From positions 647,558 through 711,557 of the forward strand of contig OZ316891.1 of NCBI GenBank assembly GCA_973895155.1: a stretch of 64,000 nucleotides of DNA, in the 5' to 3' direction. The notes beneath the pieces were generated by a model. It was not told where the DNA came from, searched no databases, and was given only the letters and a program-made list of their open reading frames with translations. Numbering within the stretch: position 1 is the first letter of the stretch; each line of letters begins with the position of its first letter. Below are positions 51,007 through 62,413 of the stretch, piece after piece. Made by a program: the position numbers and the translations under genes. Source of the DNA: Marsupella aquatica (taxonomy: Eukaryota > Plantae > Marchantiophyta).

Positions 51007-54000
51007 GATGATGATCTTGGTCGAATGCTCGATGTGGCTCTGCTCTCTTCTCAAATTCTTATCTTCCCAGCTCTCTTCTCAAAAATTTATTCGAACTTTC
51101 AGCCTTCGTAATGATGATTTTGCTTGCCCGAAATCTCCTCCCACTCCTCTCAAGATCAAGGGTTACTTGTAAGCGGTTCGTTCGAAAAGTTGTCCTGCAA
51201 ACGAAATCTGAAGAGAAATGACTGATGTTTTCCATGAAATCTGAAATCCTTCCCGCAAGCGTAGACATGAAACAGACAATGAAAGTCATCGAAGCTCGTA
51301 TATACACCCCAACATGCTTTCCATTGAGATGAGGAAATGGGGACACATATCACACGAATAAAAGCTCCGGAGGATATACTTAAGCTCCAGTTTCCTTGAG
51401 AGAGGGAAACTAACGAGAGAAAATGGCGGAAATTTTACGGGAGAACTTTCTCCTTCAAGGCATAGTGAATAAGATACAGAGGCAAGCCGCAAAAGAGGAT
51501 CAGAGAAGAGAGCACCATATGAGCACCAGCATGCTCCATCTTGTCTATTCAACAACATTCATACAAACAATCTGCGTACCAACAATACACAAATGCGGAG
51601 ATTATCAAAGTTTAGTTCGGTTCACACCTTTATGCCCTGTCCTGCAGACGCTCATTGACAGTGATAAGCAGGGGAAAGTTCTCAAACGCCTCGCTGCTGC
51701 TACGAATCAAGCAACCACCGGTTGAACCTATAAAATTGGAGTCTTTCGCAGGAGCCTAAGAAGTCAAGTATATGTCATCGACAATAATTCCAGCCAGACT
51801 GCACCAAGTCACGATCCCGGTAGAAGATTCATCGTCTTCCATCGTCAGCTTCGTTTCACGTCATCCTGTGAGCCACTAAACCTGCCTCCCTGCTTGCGTC
51901 CTTCCTTCCAAATCCAACACCTTTCCTTCGTTAGCCCATCATACAATGGAAAACTGTGCCCCTTCCTCTAAGCCTAACCGGTATACAGAGGGATTGCTTT
52001 GCACATACCACTATGATGGACAGAGCAGTCTCGACAGAGAGCCTCCTCGAAAAAGATAGACGACGCACAATTGAGCCCACCCTCCACGTCCAACAAGATT
52101 GACACAAGAAGTACGGAACACCGCGGTCAATTCACACCTCAACTGTTCAAGATGTCACCCGTCCGCTATCAGTCTGTTTGTCGCTCCGTGTATCATTAAT
52201 GGTGTATCCCTTCTGTGTCGCGATCTTAGTGCAGGCTGTCAAGTTTCCTTCTTGAAGTGCCTGTCAACTTGTTTTCTTGAGGATGCGTTCTGCTTCAGTA
52301 GACTCTCCACCCCAGGAAGAGCCGAAAGAGCAATTGATTCCCGTCACAAGCTGATAGGAGTAAGAATTTCCCAGCCGATTCTGTCCGGATCTTCCGCGCC
52401 AGTTCCGTGTTGTGGTGTGGGTTGGGATTGTGGTACCTTCCCCGGCTCCACCCGGCGGGTTTGATTTCAATTGAACGGACCTGCACCCATCGTCAACACA
52501 CGTGGAATGGACGGATTGGGCAGGCCACAATAAAGCTCGGTTGATTCTTCGATGACAACCACCAAAGCAATGAAACGTCCTTCTGTTAGCAATGGCCTCG
52601 ACCTGTTTTTGGGGGTCTCTCGCCGAACAAGTTTGCATGATCATGAACTCGTCGTTCTACTCCGCCTCCAATGAACGGCAACCAACTTCACCGACACAAT
52701 CATCATCATGCATTCAGCAGAAGAGCTAACTTTTCTCTGGTGTGTCAATCTTTCTCTCCTCCCGGGGGCCGATGATAGCCATGCAGCTATGTACCGGTAA
52801 ATTTGAACCGAATCAGCCCACACAAACTTCCAGACAGACAGAGCTTCATGCAAGTCTATAGAAGAAAAGCTCCCTATGGCTACTGCAGGTATCTAGCTGC
52901 CCCTAAACGCCGATAATAGTTTCATAATGAAGCTCCCAAGGCTGAGATGGGAGGAAAATACGAATTTAAATATCCAGGGGACGAACTGGAAGAGGCTCGA
53001 TGATACTGATGGTGAAGGGATTGAAAATCATTTTCTCAACAGTCACTGGGTGGTATGAACTAGAATCCGGTGTTAAGTCGTTATAGTCAGGTGTCTTTAA
53101 TTACATAAGTACTGTACTTACCCTGAAGTAAAAGGGTGAGTTTTTCATCCTGGTAATTTGCTTAACTTTCCCACAAATTCGCCTCACTGGTCAATCAACT
53201 ACTCTCCGTACTTGTTGCTTTAGTAAAATAGAATCTCCACTTTGAAAGTTGGTTGGTTCGTTTCTAGGCACATTCTTTTGTCTTTTGACCATCGGTCTTC
53301 TCTAATAGGAGCTCTAACCAGCTGTGTCATACACTTCTGGTTCCTCGTGGGAGGAAAGTCTTAATAGAGACAGATAGCTCATCAAATAAGTGATGAAAAC
53401 GTCCTCTGGTAATCCAGTGTTTGCTCGGGTGTTTGCTACAATGAGATTGTGTTGCCAATTGACACCAATTTCCTTTCTGCTTCAGATACTGGTCTTGCTG
53501 GAACCAATTAATGCATCCTTGTTGGCAAAAGTTTCCTTTCTGCCTAGATGGTGATTGTGATGTGTACGTTTCCTGCCTTAACATTGATCGATGAATTTGG
53601 AACCGCTAAATAGTTCCTTACAATACTTCCTTGACAAGAATATTGCTTTGAGGTACAAAGAATAGGCCGATGTTTCCGGATTGCTTCTGCTCAGCATGGA
53701 CAAATAGACACAATCCTCAGTTGATGCTCACCAAGAAGGTGGCCAGATAAATTTCATTGACCTCATTGATATCTGGTTAGAGTCCCATTGTACACCACTA
53801 ACACTCATACCAGCGAGAACGGTACCAAGATGAGGCGTCTTCAACTTTCGTGACGACATACCCTCCTAAGTCACAATTTCCTCCATTTGCTACAGGAGTT
53901 TGCTTCCCAAGGTAGAGGATGCCGGTTGAAATACTTCTGCATGCTACTGGCTCGATCATAGTTATCTTCTTCAATGGCTCGATGCAGGTGGTTTCCAAGA

Positions 54001-55937
54001 GGAACTTGGCAAAAATCTGCCTAAGCTAAATCAGTCTAGTCTATCAAGTTCCTAAACTATTGGTTGACATCTTAGTTTGCTAATGAGATCCAATGCAATC
54101 CGAGATGGACGAGGGCTTTCAGCTACTCACTCTGTGGAGCAGTCCCAGCTGTTCACCGAATCTTTGTGTTTTGAAGAATGAATCATGAATTCTACTTCTT
54201 CGGGGTATGGTTGAATCAATGCTTCAATGACACGTCAAGTAACAACTCTGCTATTTACATTCCAAGCTTTTATAAAAATAGTGGTCATTCCATCCATCGC
54301 CAGATAGGCTGGATCCAACCCATTTTTCGTCATTGAGACCGCCCTTGGAAATGCTCCTTGTGAAGGAATTCACAGGCATCTTCAATATCCTTGTGCACGA
54401 TTCCGTGCGAGTATTCAAAGTTACAGAAGACTGATGCGATGATAAAAAGTTATATAGGCTCCAAGGTCAAAATTAATACTCTCTCGTAGTCTTCAGCGAG
54501 GTCCTTTGAACAAGTTTTGTCCGTCATAATGTGAATCCTTTATGCATCTCCCTATAAACTAAGCCTTGGCAGAACTCTCATTCGGTGACGTTCTATTGGT
54601 TCAACGTCAGTACATGGATTCCACTCGATTCTTTTGTCTTCATTTATGGCTCTTGTTTCCTTCTGCACAGTTTTCCGGTGACTCAATCATTATCTGCTTT
54701 CCATTTCACAAAGCGAGCAATGAGGTATCTCTTTCCAACCCCCCTCGAAAGGTCCTCAATGTATGTTTCGCGTAATTCGGAAACTTCTTTCTTTCTCTGG
54801 GTATTTGATCAAAAGTGCGCTCTCATCTGGGAGCTCTCTGTGAGGAACAATAACCCTTCAAGCATTCTTTGCCTTCTTCTCACTCAAAAACCAATGACAG
54901 ATTTCATTCATTTCATTTCACTTCCTGTCATCCTTGGTTTGGTATAATAACAGTTTTACATCCGCCTTCCAAAAGAAGGACAGGTAGAGTGGTTTGTTCT
55001 TGTTCAGTCCTGCAATTCATCTTTAAATCTTTACCTCACGTACTAGAATAGAAATTGCGCTAAGAGCTGCGAACATTCCAGTTCTATTTGCCATTCACAC
55101 GGCTTCTGATGCCTCCAGAGTCAGGCATCTGCTCTTCGAGCGGTTGCACGTGGATCTGATCTCAGTTTAAGTCTTGGTGCTTACACCCTAGAGTTGAACT
55201 TTTCGTTCTTCTACTAAAGCTCTGTTTAGCAGGAGAAAGAAGTCCGTCACGAGTGATGAATTGGTGACCTTTAACGTAATCCATCTTTCAGATTGGGTAT
55301 AGTTTGAATGATCAGTGTTTGAATGACCATTTCTTTGCGAATTACTGATATTAATGTTATAGAGAGGAAGGCTATAGTCGGTGGTCGGAATTAAAGAACC
55401 TAGTTCTGAAATTCATCTGGCAATCCTCCAACCCTTATCCGTTGCAGAGTGTGTCCTGGGAAACCAGTTTAGTTCCGGAAGATTAAAGATTCTCTCCAAG
55501 CCTCTACTGCTCGTCCAGAAGTTCAAACCTTGATTTGCGACCCGAAAACTTGTGTGTTCGGCTTATGGATTCACTGGACGGTGCTTGCTCTCTCTCAAGG
55601 CACCGGGTCTCACGAACCAAACAGATACCTAAGGCAATACTTGCTTGAAACTATGTTTTGTCAAATCAGCTATGAAGAGCCAAGTAGATTTCAAAAGCGT
55701 AAGCCAACTGGCCCATTGGTCAGCAACGCAGCTGGTCTCATATTGAAGACATGTCAACTTTAGTACATGAAACCGGCTTCCGCTGTTATGCTGTCTTGAT
55801 AAACTCCATCATTTTCAACGGAATCCATGGGCAGTCTTCGAACAATTGATACGGTTCGGTGTACAAAGACTACAGATACTCTATCATGGAGGATCCACAT
55901 AGCTAACAAGTAATGAGATTGTGATGTACAGTCTGAG

Positions 55938-58900
55938 CTATTTGAGGTTATAGTCTAGAAACTTTACTGACATTGTTCCAAGGACAAGGCGTTTTCCATA
56001 CTCATAGGTGTCTACACATCCAGGTTTGACTCTGAGTGCGCACTCAGCATCCGCCCGGGCTCCACTCTCGTCCGACAACAAGAACTTGACAAGGCCACGG
56101 TGTTTAAGGCATTCGTAGTCATCTGGTTCTGGGCTTAACGATTCGTTCAAATCTGCCAGTGCTCCATGCAGGTCTCCTTTCATTCGTCTCACGATGCCCC
56201 TTTCTTGCAAGCCGAAACCTCTGCTGCCTCCTAATTCAATGAACTTATTGATGTCTGTGAGAGCCCCATCAAAATCTCCACACTTGGCTTGCACAAAACA
56301 TCTTAACCTGCGAAACAAAGACACACAAGTAGATTAACGAGAGAGAAGAATGAAATAGCAAACTAAGGCACATCATTTTGTGAGGGAAGACACTGGAATG
56401 ACTGTCCATCTCCCGACAGTCAAAATAAAACAGGCTTCACAAAACTTCAATAATCTTCCATCACAACCTAGACACAAGAAACAGCTATGTATGAGCTTTA
56501 AGGCTCACTATGAAGCCATCATTTATGACAAAATCAATTATTGGAGAGTACTTCTACCAAGTCATAGGATCCTTTACCTTAGAAGACCACAATTGCCACC
56601 TTCATAACCCTGAAGTACACCCTTATAGTCCCCACCTTGTACTTCCACCGTCAGTAGTCGTAATACCTTCACTACACTAGTCCGTCTACTTTGGCTCCAA
56701 CCGTTTGCCAAGAAACACAAAAGTCTATCCATCACATTTGGAATTTGGATGAGCTTGATCCTGGTTTCAACATCCAATGTCAAATTTCCAAGTGCAAAAG
56801 TGACACTCTCTTGTACCTTCTCTCCTACATCCTCAGCCAAGAGGGCCACAAGTCTTCCAATGACATTTGGAAATTGGATGATCTTGATCCTGGTTTCAAC
56901 ATCCAACGCCAAATGTCCTAATGCAAGAGCTGCATATCGTTGTACACGCTCGCCTACGTCCTCAGCCAAGAGGGCCACAAGTCTTCCAATGGCATTTGGA
57001 AATTGGATGATCTTGATCCCGGTTTCAACATCCAACGCCAAATTTCCTAATGCCAAAGCTGCATACCGTTGTACACGCTCGCCTACGTCCTCAGCCAAGA
57101 GGGCCACAAGTCTTCCAATGACATTTGGAAATTGGATGATCTTGATCCCGGTTTCAACATCCAACGCCAAATGTCCTAATGCCAAAGCTGCAGACTCTTG
57201 TACATCCTCGCCTACGTCCTCAGCCAAGAGGGCCGCAAGTCTCCCAATGACATTTGGAAATTGGATGATCTTGATCCCGGTTTCAACATCCAACGCCAAA
57301 TGTCCTAATGCCAAAGCTGCAGACTCTTGTACATCCTCGCCTACGTCCTCAGCCAAGAGGGCCACAAGTCTTCCAATGGCATTTGGAAATTGGATGATCT
57401 TGATCCTGGTTTCAACATCCAACGCCAAATGTCCTAATGCCAAAGCTGCATACCGTTGTACATCCTCGCCTACGTCCTCAGCCAAGAGGGCCACAAGTCT
57501 CCCAATGACATTTGGAAATTGGATGATCTTGATCCCGATTTCAACATCCAACGCCAAATGTCCTAATGCCAAAGCTGCAGACTCTTGTACATCCTTGCCT
57601 ACGTCCTCAGCCAAGAGGGCCGCAAGTCTTCCAATGGCATTTGGAAATTGGATGATCTTGATCCTGGTTTCAACATCCAACGCCAAATTTCCTAATGCCA
57701 AAGCTGCATACCGTTGTACATCCTCGCCTACGTCCTCAGCCAAGAGGGCCACAAGTCTCCCAATGACATTTGGAAATTGGATGATCTTGATCCTGATTTC
57801 AACATCCAACGCCAAATGTCCTAATGCCAAAGCTGCAGACTCTTGTACATCCTCGCCTACGTCCTCAGCCAAGAGGGCCACAAGTCTTCCAATGGCATTT
57901 GGAAATTGGATGATCTTGATCCTGGTTTCAACATCCAACGCCAAATTTCCTAATGCCAAAGCTGCATACCGTTGTACATCCTCGCCTACGTCCTCAGCCA
58001 AGAGGGCCACAAGTCTCCCAATGACATTTGGAAATTGGATGATCTTGATCCGGGTTTCAACATCCAACGCCAAATTTCCTAATGCGAAAGCTGCAGACCG
58101 TTGTACATGCTCGCCTACGTCCTCAGCCAAGAGGGCCACAAGTCTTCCAATGACATTTAGAAATTGGATGATCTTGATCCTGGTTTCAACATCCGACGCC
58201 AAATTTCCTAATGCCAAAGCTGCATACCGTTGTACATGCTCGCCTACGTCCTCAGCCAAGAGGGCCACAAGTCTTCCAATGACATTTGGAAATTGGATGA
58301 TCTTGATCCCGGTTTCAACATCCGACGCCAAATTTCCTAATGCCAAAGCTGCAGACCGTTGTACATGCTCGCCTACGTCCTCAGCCAAGAGGGCCACAAG
58401 TCTCCCAATGACATTTGGAAATTGCATGATCTTGATCCTGGTTTCAACATCCAACGCCAAATGTCCGAATGCCAAAGCTGCATTACCCTGTACATGAGGA
58501 CCTGTCTCTTGAGCCAAAAGCTCAAAAAGTTTGTTGAGTGCATCTGGAATTGATATAAACTCAAGACGATTGGGAGTTTTGGTGAAAAACCATGCAAGCA
58601 ACCGTGGCACTTGGTGAAGAACATTAGCTAGATTGTTATTTGTAGCTTCTAAGACATTTGTTAGTACACGCATTGTTTTGGGAATGACTGGTGTAGCTAG
58701 ATTGCCGGTGTAAAATTGTTTGAGGGCTTCCAACGTCTGCAAAACTGTCTCATTTGTACTCAATAATATAGAAAGGCTGCTGTCATCAAGCTCATCGCAA
58801 CGTATGTACGTCCGGAGAATCTGTATGAGCAACATTGAAGCAGATACTCATTAATATGCAACTAAATATCCAATTAACCATTTGACAATGAAGTCAAATT

Positions 58901-61900
58901 AAGATAAAGGACTATTTCTCAACAAATAAGTACATATGAGGACACTATACTTACATGCTTAGCCAATCCATGTGATCTTTCCTCCCATGGTTGTTTCTTG
59001 GTATCTGCATGCAGGAGTCTGACAAATGATTTGATTGGAGCGAGTTGCAAGCTTCTTGCTTGGAAAGAGTCATTTTTGATTGGGAACATTTCAATCCCTA
59101 ATGTCTTTGCTGCTTGGTCACGCCATTGGTCTTGCCCGTAGAGAAGTAGCAATTCCATAAGAATGTCCTCCTCTGTTCGCGATTCCAAAAACTTATCTCC
59201 CATTGATTTCACTTCTTCTCCCTGGACTGTTTCAATAAATGTTTGTCGCATAGCATGTAATGACCAAGTCTTGTTTGCAGGGAGAGTACTCCGTGCAACA
59301 TCATTGCTCTCAACTTGGATGAAATTGTTGTACTGCAAGTGCATGGAGCACCATGAAAACTTGGCCAAACTACCATAGACTCTTTTAAAAAAGAGTTTGA
59401 TTACCACTTCAGGAACTGGAACTATTTGGCTGTCAAAGATTGAGGCCACCAACAGAAGAGTTCGAGCAGGCTTCTCGAGAGAACCCAAGGCCATTTCCAT
59501 ACAAGTTATCATAGTTTTGGGGTATGCGTGATTAAATAAAACAACAGAGGAGTTCGCATCCTTAGCTTGGATTAGATCTTCAAAATATTTGATGATGTTT
59601 TTCCATTCCTCCAATTCATCAATGTGCCCACCTTGAATACCTCCATGTATAAATGCTGCCATGTTTGCAAGCACCAAAGGGAGGTGATCTGCCTTCTCAA
59701 CAATTGCATGAATTGCTCCCTGCCCAACACATGCTCAAAGACTGAGGGTAGATTTTGCATATATTCAGATTGCCTCCATTTAACTCAAACCAACACTCAA
59801 ACAAAAAGTGTTCATTATTCAATACCACAAGGCAAAATTTGAACTTAATATGAACAAGGATCTTACCTGCAATTGCTCGGTTATGTCTTTGGGTCCCCCG
59901 TATACATGATTTGTGAGAATTTGGTATGCCTCTTCTGAAGTTGGACGATTCAACGGGATCTGCAAACATCTAGCATCACCCCACAATTGTGGTATCTGGG
60001 TAGTGACTAGATATTTTAGCCATTGCCCCGGAAACAAAAGCGTCTCTATGATAGCGGGTTCACAAACATCATCTAGTACAATCAGAACCTTTTGAGTTGA
60101 AAGCCTTCTTGTGAGCTCATTGGAAAGGAAAGACTCAGTTATCACGGCTTGTTGCACGCCAACATTGTTGGAACTTGCATAGCCATGCATTACTTCCATC
60201 GATGGGAGAAGCTCATAGCCAAAAGTTTCCCAGAGTTTGAGTAGGAGGTCTTTGGTAGCTGCGTTTGGACCGCATGGCAAGAAGACTACCCCATCTATAA
60301 ACTTACTAGAAGCCAAATCTTTGCTAGCAAGATCGTCGATTTGAACACGTTTTGGTGATTGAGTCAGAATGGAGGCATTTTGGTAATACAAAGCCAAATA
60401 TTTTGCCATGCTTGTTTTTCCTTGTCCTGGTCCTCCACAGAGTGTGACCACAGGGCCTGTAGTTTTACTCTCCAGAGCTTCTTGAACTTTAAGCATGGTT
60501 GTCTTGAATACCACATATTTGGGGTCTCTTAGGAATGGCAACAGCGGGACTCGTGCTACCTTGCTGGTAGTGGCATTCTGATGATCCTCCTGAGTTTTCA
60601 CACGACAAAATATATCAGCTACATTTAAGTCCTACATTGACTCAGGTTTGATGCTAGAAATTACATGAATGAGTTATATTGATGCTAATGATAAGAATCA
60701 ACACATTGCTTCACTATAATTGTCCAATCACCCCACCTTCAAGTCATTGGTAATCCGGTGGATAAATTTCTGAAGTTTGGAGAAGTTGCTTAAGATTTTG
60801 CTTCTTGGTCTGCAGATTGAAAAGTGATCTGCTCCCTTCACAAGATTGAAATTCCCAGCTATCCTTGCAGACGCCTCTGGTACAACGACGTCCACAAATG
60901 GTCCCTGCCCCACAGTAACCGTACAGAGTCATTAAGTTCATGCAGATGTGCCAATCTCCTTTCCAGAAAAAGTCTCTAGGAGAGTAGACTTCTTTTAAAG
61001 AACACTTTGATACAAAACAGGTCAACACTACTGAGTCCAGTAAATATTGTACCGTAATTTATTATCAGGGTAAGCTCAAACAATTCAATCATCTAAATAC
61101 CGGACTGAAACAAAAGATCACATGAATTCCCGACTGAAAACAAATAGATTGCAATGTTCACAAAATTGACTAACGTGGCATGGGTTTGTTCATTTGCACT
61201 AATGAATTTCTAGTTGTTAGATAGTTCACATGTGAACTCTAACCAAGATAAAATTTGTAGACTCACAGTTCGAATTCTTCCAGATACGAGTTACAACACA
61301 GGCATACACAATATTGCATTGATTGTGAAACGCATAGCTCATTTCAAATAATTTCTTACCAATTTCGTAGGGAGAGTTTCACCAAGTCCTGCGAACAACC
61401 AGTTGTAATGTAGTTTGGATATATCGTCGAATGTACAATTCAGTCTTTCTGTGTCCTTACTGAGCGTTGTAAAGTATATCAAGATAGAGCTTCCAAAGTG
61501 ATCTTTCAATCTGTTTACGATGGGGATTCCATGATGTGGCGTTGAATAATAAAATACCCCCTTGATGCTGTTCAGAAATGACCTCAACTTGGTCGCCCGA
61601 GGCTCTGAGCTCCTATGGAGCATATCATGTGCTTGGTTACACAACTGCTTGAGAATCAATCCGCCAACGGAGTGACCAACCAATATAACAGGACAAGAAG
61701 ACCCAATATTCTCCAGTAAGAGATCAGACACCAGGTTCTCTCCTATAATGTACATGTCCACGGTCCCATTCGACCCTTTCTTCAAACCCTCAGTGTAACA
61801 CACAGATAACACATGAGCCTTGGGAAAGTCTTCAACCAACCACGTTTGTGGCCAGATACAAGAACCATCATGGTTTTCCCAAGTGGAAACATGTGCGCTG

Positions 61901-62413
61901 GAATAATCTGGCCCGCATTGGAGACCATGAAAAAACAGGATCTGTACATTGGGAGTGCCTTCTGGCTTGTGGAACAAATACAATGAATCGTTTACCTGAC
62001 AGAACCAAATATCAAAAGAAATAGAGACCATTAGAATCCAGTTTGTCATCCGCCATGCAAACACGTGCAACGCTAGCGCAAAGGTTCTGGGTATGAGTCA
62101 CCAACTATCGCAGGAATAAGAGTTTTCTGGGACATCAATCAATCTACATCACAGTGCAATCCAAATGGTATACCAGATCTGTGCTCTTGGAGCCATTCAA
62201 ATAAGAGACTAAATAAGCCATTCAAAATTTGACCAAAATGCCGAAATGAAGGGGTTGAGATTAGTATTACAGTACTTGAAGCACATTTCTTTGGATTTCG
62301 GAAGATCCAGAAGCTTGAGGAGACCTGGGAGAGGAGGCTCCACAACCAGTAAGGCAATCGACAGCATTCTCCAAAACGTCCTGTTTTCTTTTGCGTGAGG
62401 CAAAGGAAAACAT
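55938..62413 (-). CDS. STAND/NLR-like protein: alpha/beta-hydrolase (SERAC1/SesB-like) - NB-ARC - ARM-repeat array - TPR, ~1680 aa, 7 exons
   Basis: Phase-consistent GT-AG exons 62413-62276, 61995-61360, 60904-60737, 60589-59867, 59719-58955, 58820-56578 and 56307-55938 (5043 bp). Hydrolase: ILFFHGL, WPQTWL, GHSVGG, YSTPHHG, DVVVPEASAR, DHFSICRP. NB-ARC: P-loop GGPGQGKT, Walker B VLIVLDDV, YLVTTQ, HLPLVL, LHAM. Then 13 x 43-aa ARM units and a C-terminal TPR (GDFDGALTDINKFIEL, ERGIVRRMKGDLHGALADLNESL, HRGLVKFLL). Exon 1 is the least certain. Confidence 0.88.
56775..58451 (-). repeat. Coding tandem array, 13 x 129 bp (43-aa armadillo repeats) plus diverged capping units
   Basis: DVET codon starts at 58451 and 56774 are exactly 13 x 129 bp apart. 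Consensus DVETRIKIIQFPNVIGRLVALLAEDVGEDVQRYAALALGNLAL. Confidence 0.97.

Noticed and set aside
56749-58497. 582-aa plus-strand ORF with 43-aa repeats
   Set aside because: Antisense shadow of the ARM array. A 129-bp unit without a stop in that frame stays open automatically, and the minus frame has the recognisable fold and splice sites.
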